A DNA stretch of 64,000 nucleotides from NCBI RefSeq assembly GCF_001194135.2, contig NC_068982.1, forward strand, positions 162,540,026-162,604,025. The letters run 5' to 3'. Both the position numbers and the translations under genes were made by a program. This DNA is from Octopus bimaculoides (taxonomy: Eukaryota). Numbering within the stretch: the stretch's first letter is position 1; every line of letters starts with the position of its first letter. The notes under the pieces are model-generated. The model saw only the letters and a program-made list of their open reading frames with translations. It was not told where the DNA came from and ran no database searches. Below are positions 35,184 through 64,000 of the stretch, one piece after another.

Positions 35184-36574
35184 CTGAAGTTGTTTCTTTT
35201 CAACCTTTTTTTAGAGTCAATAAAATAAGTACTCATCAACTATTGTGGGAGAACTTCAAATAAATTGACTACATCCTGCAATAACTTTGATAACTTTATG
35301 TCAATGTCTGAAATTATTAAATGGAATGATGACAATGACAATAAGATCAAGTGAACATCTTTACACCAGGGAAAAGACATGTTACTTTAAGGTTATTTTA
35401 TTTTAAAAATTGGAATTGGGAGAATTACCAGCTACTCTAATACTCGATGCCAAAACATCTGCGCACTTCTGATTTGCTACTCACATTCATGCTACATCAT
35501 TGGCTGGAAATATAATCAGACATTTTATTTAAATTTACTTTTGTTTTGAAACAGAAATTCTAAGAAAATTAAACTCATTTCAAATATAGGTACAACACCA
35601 ACTTTCTGGACACTAAATGGTCTGGAACCCTTAATAATTTGCACTGGTTTATGAGCAGGAATTTCAAATTCCTGCAGCTGCCAGACTAGCTTACTGATAC
35701 CTTGCACAGACTAGTACCTTGCACAGTACAGTATTGATAAACTTGTATCATTTATACTAATGTACAGGTACCTGTGTATCATTTAATTATGTAAGTAAAT
35801 TTAATACTCGTTTTATTTAGAGTGTGATCACACAGGAATATGTAATGGCTTTGGAACCAAGAGTTCTGGAAAATTGATGTTGGACCTGTAATTAATTTCA
35901 ATTACTTTCAAGCATAGTTAGCATTCATTATTATTGTTGTTATTGCAATTATTTGTTTCAGATCAGCAAAGACTTACATGATAGAAATTGAAAACAAGTT
36001 ACTGTTCAAGTATTAGAAATCAAAGATCAGTCATTCACAGAGATGCTGTAGCCTCTGATCCACAGATATGCTATCTCCCTTCACTGCCTTTTCTATTACT
36101 ACTAAAATGCCCCTGCTCCTGGGTCATTATAGTAGCTGTAGAACTTGTGTGAAGGTGCAACTTTCAAGTCATTTATATCCAGTCTCTGCACTAATCATTA
36201 TGCAATCTTTTCTCCTCAGAATGTCAGATCATCATCGGAATTCCCTCTTAATATTCGTCTTTCCTATTGTTATCAACTTGCAACAGTTTAAGCAGAGTAT
36301 TAACTGAATCAAACTCAGTAATCTTGTAGGGCCTGCAAAGATCATGGACACTACTCCTTATTCCAGATTTAATGAATAATAAAGAAAAATAATATTAGTC
36401 CAATATAGATATCTAAAGTAAGAAATTACATTCCTCAGAACATTTCCAATTCTTCAATAACTCAAATTTTTCTTCTAAAAACTAAACTTCATTTATTAGA
36501 ATCCTAAGAAATGTAAGCTAGCATACCCTTGTGAAACCTGTCGTTCTTCTCATTTTCTCTTTCAGTACACTTAT

Positions 36575-37052
36575 ATATTTTTTTACTTGTCTCAGTCATT
36601 TGACTGCAGCCATGCTAGAGCATCACCTTTAGCCAAACAAATCGCCCCCAGGACTTATTTTTGTAAGCTTAGTACTTATGCTATCAGTCTGTTTTGTTGA
36701 ACTGCTAAGTTACAGGGACAAACACAGACACATACATACATATATATATATATATTTGTTTATGTATATATTAATATTATCTGTTTTAAAAAAAACCTTT
36801 GATAATGTAAATATGTTAATAGTTACCAGAGGTAGCAAAATTACACTAGAAACCAAGATATCACAGCCGTTTTACAGGTAGAGATACCAAGTTAAAGTGA
36901 TACATTTATATATATATACGATGGGCTTCTTTCAGTTTCCTCTACCAAATCCACTTACAAGGCCTTGGTCGGCCAGAGGCTATAGTAGGAGTCATTCACC
37001 CAAGGTGCCATGCAGTGGGACTGAAACTGGAACCATGTGGTTGGGAAGCAAG
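36575..37052 (-). mobile_element. SINE family B, near-complete
   Basis: Tail, (TA)n linker and head in minus orientation. Confidence 0.78.
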
Positions 37053-37864
37053 CTTCTTACCATATAGCCACTCTATGTATATAATATTTTTTGAAATAAT
37101 GGTTCTCAAAGTACATCTAACACAGCTAAAGAATAGCATGAAAATATTGAGTCGAAAAACTCAATATTTACATGCTGTTCTTTATAGATGTATTTGATGT
37201 GCTTTGAGAACCATTATTCCACAAAAGAACTATACACATTCTCTCAAAAGTTTATAAAGTTCTTATGGTGTCAACAATATATGTCTATGAGTATGTGTGG
37301 ATATATATATAAATGTGTGTGTGTAGTGTAAGCATGTATATTGTATTATCATCATCATTTTACATCCTCTTTCCAGGACAGATTGTCACCGTCCAAGTTA
37401 GTTCTTATTCAAATATACTGTCTCCTCAATGGTTTGGGAGCTGCACCTCACTTCATTCCAAATTTGGCATGGTTTCCATACATAGATGCTCTTCCTGAAA
37501 CCGACTACTTTACCAAGTATCCTAAGTCCATTTTATTGCAGGGGTAATACTAAAGAAGCTGTCATGTCTTCAATAAAACTAAAATATCCTTTTGATCCTG
37601 TAATGTCTCTGTTATTTTGAAGACAGTGTGACCAAGTGGGGTAAATAATAGAGAGATAACAGCAGGACCAAGATGAGTGAGTAGGAGAAGCAAGGGATTG
37701 ATTATAGCGAGAAAGTAACTAAAGAGTGAGCGTGAAGTGATGGAACAGTTTACAGTCCTGGGTAGAGTAATGGAAGAGAGACAGTAACGGTCCCTACGTG
37801 TTAATTGGTATTGGAGAGTGATGGATATCAGTAACAAATGGCCTTGAAAAGAGGGTGTGATAGC

Positions 37865-38480
37865 TGTCAGTTTAGTGTTACATGGTTGTAAAGATTGTCT
37901 GACATCCATTCTTGAGTTATGTGGGTTTTGTAAAAGTGTGCTGAGTTTTGTTGAAACATATATGGCCTTCCACTGTGTACTTCATCTTTCCAGGGCTTAA
38001 CAACTGCCTCTAGTACCTCAATGTGTCTAGCAACATTAATTCTTTCATGTGGAAAGATATGAGATGAAAAGCTATGACCTTCATCACTTACCACTCCTAA
38101 AACCATCACAGTTGCTGGAAGCTTAGTGTGCATTACTCTGGAGATGTCAGAACGATTTGCACATAACTATCAGTTACTCCTGTTAGACTTTCAGTCATGC
38201 TCAAAGTTTTTCTCTTCAGAGAAGAACCAAAGTATGCCATGTTTGTGAGGATTTTTAAACTTGTTATACAGACTTGGTATGAATCAAATGGTCTTTCTAT
38301 ATCTTTCCAATAAATCATTCCAACACTTGGAAGTTCATTGATAATGTTTTGAATCCATAGGATGAATTGAGGTGTTCTTATCATGTCCAAATGTTTAGAC
38401 TATTTTCTTTACTCTGATACGAACATGTTATCTGCCATGGAAGATGTGGAAAAAGTTAAAACCTTTCAATTGGTTTCTAG
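37865..38480 (-). mobile_element. maT/DD37D-like Tc1/mariner transposase relic
   Basis: IRTPQFI...IINELPS and MHTKLPATVMVLGVVSDEGH...VLEAVVKPW...GRPYMFQQNSA...TQEWM, as recalled for Bmmar1/maT-type transposases. Confidence 0.78.
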
Positions 38481-39595
38481 TATTAACAGTTGCTTGTATG
38501 TCATGTAGGCAGGATCTGATCGTGTGCAACTTTTACACATTTTTAGGGCTGCCAGAAAAGATATGATTAGTAAGAGAAGCTAAATACCAGTGTTCCATTC
38601 CATAGACTATTTGAAACTTATAGCAAACTAAAGAAAGCAAGCAATTTCAGCTTGGAAGGAATGTGTACAAACGTATAAACAGAAAGAGACAAGTATGAAG
38701 GTTACTAAGAGCCCAATGTATGAGTTTATTTGTAGTACTGTACAGTGCCCACCAAATGTCAGTAATTTCTACAGTAATCTTCTCGGGTATTTAATACAAT
38801 TCATTTACATCTAGCAAAAGGCACACATGCAAACATAAACATGTGTGTGAGTGTGAATAGCTTGAAATTTTTACTGAAATTCTACTGATATTGAAATACA
38901 TGTGTCCGAGTTGTCATCCATTCAGCAGCCATTGAAACAGTGATCAAAGAGTGCTACACCACATGACCTAAGCTGACTCAGGAACATCATATAATGACAG
39001 TCAAGCTTCTTTGAAACTCCTGGATATTTTAGCACTTAGATTGACAGCCATCAGACATGATTTCAGTCTGTGAAGCATTGAATAATGTAGATTTAAGTTA
39101 GTAGCTGTTAATACAAATGTTTAATCACTTTGTCATGTGTTGAACATCCTTTACTCTCATCATTTGTACACCAATCTGTAGATATATATGGGTGTTGGGT
39201 GTGTGTATGAAAACAAGATTATGTGGCAGTTTTTATAATTCTCATTTAAGTTTCTCAAACTCTCAGATGTGAAATTATATATTACATCACAGAGTGATGT
39301 TTCAGAAGGGAATCTGTCTCTGATGTAATGGAGCATTAGTAGCTCAGTTGACCACTAGTACTCCTGTTTATACATTCTAGCTTATGGATGGCTCAGTTTG
39401 GCTATTGGTACTTATATGGTAAGACAATACTAAACCTAAAACATTAACAATGCACACAACAAACATCAATAAAACTACACTAGACAATGCTTCACATACA
39501 CAACTGTGGAACAGAGAGTAAAACCTGAAAGAAAGACTGAGGAAAATTATTAAAACAGCAATACAATCATATTTTAATTGGATATGTCTGTGTGC

Positions 39596-39627
<32 letters not shown>

Positions 39628-40558
39628 AATATATATATGCATGCACACATACATACACACACTCATTCAAATTAAATTTATTGACATTGTATACAACATA
39701 CATACATTCAGATTTAATTTATTGACATTGTATACAACGTAAAGATTTTTATATAAACATGTGTATGCATGTGTATATAGTTAGAATTTAACAAGTAAAA
39801 GTTGTCATGTATATATAAATGATATACAATATTTTTCTCTGAGCTTAGCAAGCTGTCTGAATAGTTATCAACACACCTGTAGAATGTCTAATATAGATAA
39901 CAAGTAAATTATCTTTCAGAGATCAATCCGATCAGTGTTTATTTCAAGAAATCTATCCCCTTTGTCTTAGCACAAATTCAAAGTGAATGCTGTTATATTG
40001 CACAAGGCTTTGATTCAACTTTAATTTTTGACATAAAATCAAACAACAATGGCATAGCAATATATGTGTCTATGTGTTTTATATACATATAATAATAATA
40101 ATAATAATAATAATTGTAGATCCAGTGTAATCCAAATAGGGTAATCCAAGAATTAGAGGGTTTAGGTCTCTGTCAACATGGTAAAAGATCCAGTAGAAAG
40201 GTCTCCAGAATGAAAAAAAAATCAAAACACTGAAAACTGCAGTACTCAGTGTAAAATACTAGGTTTACACTGTAAGGAAAAACAAGTGTAGTATGTTTTA
40301 GACAATTGTCCTTCTTCAAAGAAAAGAAGTGGAAAAAAGAAGAAAAAAAATCCCTGTGACTTTGACAACTGTAACATTGGTGCCACAGAACTTTCCTTTT
40401 CTTCTCTGTCTTTTTTCCTTCTTTTAATTCCAAGTAGGACCATTGTCTAAAATAAAGAAAACTTATTTCCTCTTTACAGTGTAAACCTAATATCATATAC
40501 AGTGTACTTCAATTTTAATGTTTTTCAGGGTTATGATTTGTTTTTCACTTGAGACCTT

Positions 40559-40590
<32 letters not shown>

Positions 40591-41579
40591 ATGTATAATC
40601 TACACAACATATCCAGTTTTGTTTTACTTATGTCTGTAAACCAAGAATTACTTGTGTGTGTGTTTTATCCATTAAGACAAGAAGAGAATGAAGCTGGATG
40701 TTTCTCTATGCTGTTGTTAAAAATGCATCGATAATGTTCTTTCTTTAAAGAGACATTAAAAAATTACCATTGCAGCTTAATTATGTCAAAATACAGCCAA
40801 GTAACATAGAAATTGATACACAAAAATAAATTGGAAGTATTCATTTAAATGAAACAGATAGAAAAATTTCATTTTGGTGACAACTTTTTATTCCAAACTG
40901 AACATCTTTCACCCTCTTCTGAAAGCAATTCTAATCCACATTATAGCCCCTGAGGGTCAGAAACAGTAGCAGTCTAAGCCAATTCTAATTAACATTACAG
41001 CCCCAAAGGGACAGAAACAGTAGCAGTCAGCTAAGCTTGTGTAGTATTTTCAGCCAGCAGATGGTGCAGACCTGTTTAGATCTATCCTTGTCCATAACTT
41101 CATCACTAAATACAGACCTCAGCTAACCAAGGTGGAAGTTACATTTAATTTCAGTATACACACAACTACTCACAATTAACTAACCCTCATAAAATGTTAA
41201 CATATCTTCAATGTTTTCTATATCTAAAATGTAGAACCAAAAGGAAACAAAGCTGATAAAATACAATTCTATAAACTGAAGTGAATAGAGAGCAAAACAT
41301 AACAGTGTTATTACTATAGTTGTTGGTGGGTAGGTTGAAATTGGGAGCAAACTTCAGAGTGTAATGTGGAGGTAGCCCTCACAGAGTAAAGGTTAGCTCT
41401 TTTCAAAATTAAACAATTGTACAAGAATGATGGTAGTGGTTTAGGTTGGCATTTGAATGTGGGTTAGATCAGGTTAATAAGTGGGGTAATTCCTAGGAAT
41501 TAGGAGCCTCATCATAACAGAACAGGTGTAGCAAGATGCAAGGAGGGTATGATGAGGCTTATGAGTTTCTATGTGAATA

Positions 41580-42330
41580 CTTAGCACTATGCATCTAATG
41601 CATTGAACATATATTGTGGTGTCCACCATGTAGCAGTGAACATGTAGTTATGTATCCACCAAGTATCAAGTAACTATGAACAACATGTAGTGTGCAGCTA
41701 CATGTACACTGCTACATGATGGATGGTACAACATGTAATACTGTAGTTACTATGCAACAGTGAATGACAATGTTGCAGTGAACATGCACTACTGTAGTTG
41801 TAAGCAACAACTCAGTTGTGTGGTCACTATGTAGCAGTGAGCAACACAGTGGTGCAGCCACCTCGTAGCAATGAGCAACATGCAATATTGTAGCCACTAT
41901 GCAGCAGTGACTCAGCTACCATGTAGCAGTGAGAAACATGTGATATTTTAGTGAAGACAGCTGTATGACTTATGGTCAAACTGTAACCAATTGTACAGCT
42001 GTGGTTAAACTGTATTGAAAGGATGTATTGTAACATACAACACACTAATATAAGGAAGTGTGAAACCTGTGTCACTATACAGTACAATATTGTAGAGAAG
42101 TGTGACACATACCACAATACAGTATTGTAGGAAATTGTGACAAGTGTGTCACCATACAACACAGTACTGTAAAGAAATGTGACACTAATGTCACCATATT
42201 TCACAATATTATACAGTGGTATTATAAATTTATGTCCCCATACAATACAGTATTGTAGAGAAGTGTGACACCAAACAGTACAATATTGTAGACAAATGTA
42301 ACGCCTGCGTTACTGTATAGTAAAGGAAAG
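41580..42330. repeat. Two adjacent degenerate minisatellite tracts (atgtagcagtga-type; tacagtacaatattgtagagaagtgtgacac-type)
   Basis: Periodic units visible by eye. Confidence 0.7.
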
Positions 42331-44576
42331 GGGTGTGTTTTATGGCTTAATCAGAAGAGGAGGGGCAGCACCCATGAACTGTGTAGGGCCTAAAAGACTG
42401 GCGGTGGGAATGGTAGAATAAACCACAAAACATTTGGGTTGCTGCAGTGCAAAGTAGCTCATCAGTATGTAGGGGTGTCATCAGATCAAAGACATGGTCT
42501 GAATGCTTATAACAGACTGGATTCTGCTAAAGAGTTATATTTCTGCTATTATACAGTACAGTATTTTAGAAATGTGACATCTGTCTCACTTTACAGTACA
42601 GTTAGACTGTACTATGTTTAAAATACTGTGTAATATTTTGGCCAAATTTAATTAATATCAGTGTATTGGTCCTACCATCTAGACAACAAGATAGATTCAG
42701 TTTACATGGGTTGAGTTAGGGTTCAGTGTGTTGGCTAAATAATGTATATTAGATAAATAACATGTGTTGGTTAAATAATGTGTATACATTAAAATAATGT
42801 GTATTTATTAAATAAAGGATATTGCTTAAATATTACAGGATAAAATAGATATATTAGGAATAAACAGAATTTGGGAGAAACAGTGTAAGGCATCATGAAG
42901 CTGATATGATTGATGTTATGAAGGTTGTCAACAGATAACTGTCACATGGTGGTGCTCCAGCAGGGGCACAGCTGGAATCATTAAGAGAGGTACAAAGGAC
43001 ATACTACAGATATGTAGAAGACAGTTATATACTTGGCAATTATACAACAGTTGAATTATAGTCATAAACTACAAACATACATCAGTCATACAACAAATAC
43101 TTCAAATTGCCTTACACCACATCGGTCATACAACCATTATATTACAGTTATGTAATAGACATACCCCAGTCATACAATAGACAATCATCTAGCAGTCATA
43201 TATTATCATATATATTGGATATAACAGCCAAACACTAGTCATATATCAGTCAGTTATACAACAATGTCTGAATTGTTGGTAAAGTAGAAGAGAAGAGATT
43301 TTGGAAGTAACTGTGTGTATGAATGTGAGAGAAGCAGAACAATGATAGAAGACTGATAGATAACAGCTGTGTAGAGATGTATTGAAAGAATTAAAACACT
43401 GTCACTATATGATAGAGAGAAATAGAGAGAACTGCTGCAATCTCCCATGGTTTTAGTCAAGCTTTCATTGATAATAATAAACTTTGACCCTTCAAAGTGA
43501 AGCTGACTTGCTTGTAGTCTAGCTGAAATATACCACAATGTTGACAGTGTTCAGCAGTTGTCATTGACGACCAGTTTACTGTTGCTTTCCATATTGTCAT
43601 TAGTCTGGATTAGCTTCTAACAACTGATACAGTCAGATTAGATGGAATATAACAGAAAGCTTTCCAACTTGAGCTTAATTACACAAACAAATGGTAAACT
43701 GGTTCATTTTATTGCCTGCTAGAATGCTAATACAAACTGATAGTTAAGCATTAATAAAATAAACATTTCATTAAAAAAAACAGCTTCCTTTGTATGCTGA
43801 AAAGAAAATTATTGAGTGTAGTTTGCAAAAGACTTTAACCAAACAGTTTTAAAGAGATCTTTGAAAATAGAAATGAAATAATATTCATTCTGTTCTAAAA
43901 GTAACAACTTTCTTGCTTTGGAATGAGAGATATTGAGCTCCAATAAGGAACTATGCCATCTCTTCAAGATCAGATATTTACATAGGAATGGCAAATAGGA
44001 AAAAAAAAATAAAGTAAAACAATTGTTCAATAACTAAGAATAAATTAAGTTTTGACAATTTAAAATGGTGATGATAAATAGAACTGAGAAGTTGAGAGTC
44101 AAAGTAATAGAAGCACCATTTTATAGAGCAGCTGACTGCCTAGAGATAGTTAAGTTGGGGAGAGGGGAGCAAGAGACTAACAGTTCCAACCACTCATTAG
44201 GTAGAAGTGGGAGGTTTGGAGAGAAAGTCTCCCACCAATCTAACTCTATGTTGGATATATCAGGCTTGAGCATTAGAAATGATCAGAGCTAAAGAAATGG
44301 TACAAACATAATGGTGTTTCATGTGGCTGTGTCTATGATAGAGAGCAGCAGCACTGGCCATGAAAGTATATAGACAGGATGGTAATTCTGCTAAACCAAT
44401 CATAATATGAGGCTAGCAACATATGACATGACGTAACCAACTGGAAATGAAAAATAGTAATCCATAAATAAGAACAATAGAGCCAAGTATGTTATTTAAC
44501 TTCTGACAAGTGAATCCAGTTCATTAATGACAGGCCAGAGAAGAAAATAATGGCCAACAAACAGTTGGAATGTTTT

Positions 44577-60833
<16,257 letters not shown>

Positions 60834-61661
60834 CTGTTAAAGGGAGGAGGAAGAAAGAAAAAAAAGGAATATTTAAACCGAATTTGACAGTAATAATCTT
60901 GAGGTAAAACAAGAAAAAGGAGAAAATTATCATGTGAATGGAGAGGGAAGATTATAGAAGAAAACTAAACAATAACACGAAATACAACAATAACATCAAT
61001 TCAACAATAAACATCACATATAACAATAACAACAAGTATCATATACAACAACTAACAAGCAACAATAAACAGGGACTGAAGCCAATACAGATGTAGATCT
61101 AATGTATGGAGTATAGACATACAGAGAAACATGCACATGCAGGTACACATGGATTTTGTCTTGCAAAACAAGGCCAAATACGAGCAACAACATACTTCTG
61201 AAGCATCTAACAATTCTCTTGTTATATAGCTGTGTGGTGTTTGTGTGTGTGTATACAAACACACACACTATATATATATATATNNNNNNNNNNNNNNNNN
61301 NNNNNNNNNNNNNNNNNNNNNNNNNNNNNNNNNNNNNNNNNNNNNNNNNNNNNNNNNNNNNNNNNNNNNNNNNNNNNNNNNNNNNNNNNNNNNNNNNNNN
61401 NNNNNNNNNNNNNNNNNNNNNNNNNNNNNNNNNNNNNNNNNNNNNNNNNNNNNNNNNNNNNNNNNNNNNNNNNNNNNNNNNNNNNNNNNNNNNNNNNNNN
61501 NNNNNNNNNNNNNNNNNNNNNNNNNNNNNNNNNNNNNNNNNNNNNNNNNNNNNNNNNNNNNNNNNNNNNNNNNNNNNNNNNNNNNNNNNNNNNNNNNNNN
61601 NNNNNNNNNNNNNNNNNNNNNNNNNNNNNNNNNNNNNNNNNNNNNNNNNNNNNNNNNNNNN

Positions 61662-61835
61662 TATTTCACCCTACAATCTCTGAGTGGTTGGCGTTAGGAA
61701 GGGCATCCAGCTGTAGAAACTCTGCCAAATTTAGATTGGAGCCTGGTGTTGCCATCCGGTTTCACCAGTCCTCAGTCAAATCGTCCAACCCATGCTAGCA
61801 TGGAAAGCGGACGTTAAACGATGATGATGATGATA
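61662..61835 (+). mobile_element. Young RTE extreme 3' fragment with tail
   Basis: gagtggttggcgttaggaagggcatccagc...gcggacgttaaacgatgatgatg. Confidence 0.88.
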
Positions 61836-62699
61836 TTAGCTACATAATTTTTTTGAGAAGAGTTTTGAAGTGATATATATTTGTTAGACAGTTCCCTCAT
61901 CTTGACTATATGGCTGACACATTTCAAGCAATACTATCTCCAAAGCTACTCCAAGGATTAAAACTAAAAACTTAATTTTATTAACTGGGCCTGCAGCTTT
62001 AATCACTTAGCCTACAAAACATTAGACTTAAGTTGTATAGAGTCTGTTATATGGTGGCAAAATGCTTAAAAGTCTAATGCTTAAATTCATTGTTCGGAAT
62101 AGCAGGCAAGTGATTAGAACATGACATATGGTTGATAAGAAAAGATAGTTGGAGATTATACTAACTGAAACATATCAATAACACATCTAAGATAAAGAAA
62201 TAATTTGAAAAACAGAAATCAATATATTTCTTAAGCTCTCTAAAATCTCATTTTTAAATCCTTTTTGATACCAACATGCTCAACACCTACCACCCATGAA
62301 TTTATGATACAAACTTCCTGTTTAAAAGTTAACTAAAACAAAAAACTTCCAGTAAAATTTCATGTTAACTTATGTTCCAAATACCAGGTTAATAAGGAGA
62401 AAGTTATTTTATTAAATTTTTCATTATTTTCAAAATTAACTGAAAGAAAGGTAATATATTTCAACAGAAGTACAAAAACAAAAGTGTTAAACATATCCTA
62501 ACATAAGAGATACACGGCAACTGTAAAACTTTGACTTGAAGATAGGTGGTTTAAAATGCTGCATAGCCACCACCAACAGCAACACTCTACTCTCTGTAAC
62601 TCAATGGATCTAGTTGAAACTATGAATCACCTCATGTTAGTAGGGAAAAGCTCACCTATAAAACAAATGTTTCACTAATTCAAATTTACAGAATCATTT

Positions 62700-62900
62700 A
62701 ACCCATGATTACTTCTCCATATTAATTTTGTCCAAGTTAACATGGTCTGACCTAGATTTTTGTGCTAGTACAATTTGTCCTAGTCCTGGCTCTCTATGTT
62801 AACTTGCTTTGTCCTAATTTTCCATATAAGCATAATTTGTTCTAGTTCTCCAGATTAACATGGTTTGTCCCAGTTCTTGGTATTAATACAGTTTATACTA
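62700..62900. repeat. Degenerate minisatellite of about 32 bp (ttaacatggtttgtcctagttct)
   Basis: Recurrent tttgtcctag units. Confidence 0.6.
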
Positions 62901-64000
62901 GACCTGAAACAGTTTAGTCAACCATAAACCCAGGGAAAGCAAAGATATCTATTCATCAGTTATCTTTCAAAGTTTGAAACCAAGAAATGTTAATCAAGCC
63001 CTACAACTACTCAACTATACCTCCTTTCTGAAGCCAATATTTCTCAGAGAAATATATTAATCAGTAACTGAAAATATTGAAAAAGCAAGATGGTAAATGA
63101 TTATGTTAAAGATCTCATATCCATCCAAATAATTAACAGTAAATAAATAATAGAGTTCACACACAACTGAAGGAAGATGTGCTTGATTCTTTTACAGTTA
63201 ACCTGTCCAAAACTGCATCTAGTCTCTTGTTACCAACCCCTTTGGAACTACTTGTAAGAAGTGTTCGTATTTAAATGAAAAATCTCAATCAAAATCTTGT
63301 TATTATATTAATGATACAACAATATTCAAGTAGTTCCTTTAGAGTTTGATGTAAGAATATGTTATGTTGTGCACCAGATATCATTACCTTAATTTAATAG
63401 TTACAGTATTTTTTTTATCAAAATCCCCTCCAAATTTTTCATAATTTTGAAAATTTATTGAAACAAAATCAGTGTCTTGATAAAAATAAATTCAATAAAA
63501 TGGTTAAACAGTAGCATTACACAGATCCCCTCTCCAGTTAGTTTCTACATAAAGCTAGTGGTGACTCTTGGGTCTGAATGTAAAATAGCCTTTCTTTAGT
63601 ATATCTCTTCTTTTTGCATAGATTTTACTTAATTATCTAGAAGCACAATGTGACCAGTAGTGTATAACAACTTCCAATAATCCTAGTTGACACAGGTGAT
63701 GTGTGTGTGTGTGTGTGTATTAGCAATAATTATAACAATAGAGAATATGGAGACTGGTACATTCTCAAAATTTAATTCTTTTTATTTTACAATGTCATAC
63801 AGCATATTTTTAGCAATTCATCCTCCACACATACACTGCCATGCCTTAACCACTCTAGACCCTACTCCAACAATTATGGCCAAATGAAAGTTTAATCTGG
63901 TCTACACAGGATTTGAATTGCTAGATCACAGGCATCAAGTTTGTTTCTAGCAGCTATCAATTTCAACAATCTTACCTCTGCATCAACTTAATGATTTATT

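Noticed and set aside
37097-37216. 120-bp hAT-like MITE (taatggttctcaaag / ctttgagaaccatta)
   Set aside because: The inverted ends are real but no 8-bp TSD is visible; too weak to call as an element
63150-63265. Possible additional upstream RABGAP1 exon on the minus strand (TSSSKGVGNKRLDAVLDR|gt)
   Set aside because: No recognisable similarity to RABGAP1 and no convincing acceptor; upstream exons probably lie in a gap or beyond 64000

Overview
This is AT-rich animal genomic DNA: an intron-rich scaffold with N gaps and dense microsatellites. The repeat families look like those of Octopus (inference from recognition). Two convergent spliced genes can be rebuilt by hand, with GT-AG boundaries and consistent phases. 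(1) On +, a complete 12-exon, 516-aa flavin monoamine-oxidase-like gene (7896..34589). It keeps the FAD fold, the covalent-FAD Cys, the conserved Lys and a C-terminal membrane anchor, but has Phe at both aromatic-cage Tyr positions. (2) On -, the last 14 coding exons (604 aa) of a RABGAP1/GAPCenA-type TBC Rab-GAP (60833..44577); its 5' exons were not found in the window. The rest is mostly transposon-derived: many RTE-clade LINE 3' fragments with (GAT)n tails (some nearly identical), two tRNA-derived SINE families, an (AAC)n-tailed repeat, two full-length dead mariners, a maT/DD37D relic, a hAT MITE with an 8-bp TSD, and minisatellites. The least explained segment is MAO intron 1. It holds an intact antisense acidic 127-codon orphan exon next to an array of GAGGTTTnAAACCTC palindromes, and a 35-bp hairpin with a telomere-like loop. 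No prokaryotic features, CRISPR arrays, rRNA or true tRNA genes were supported.
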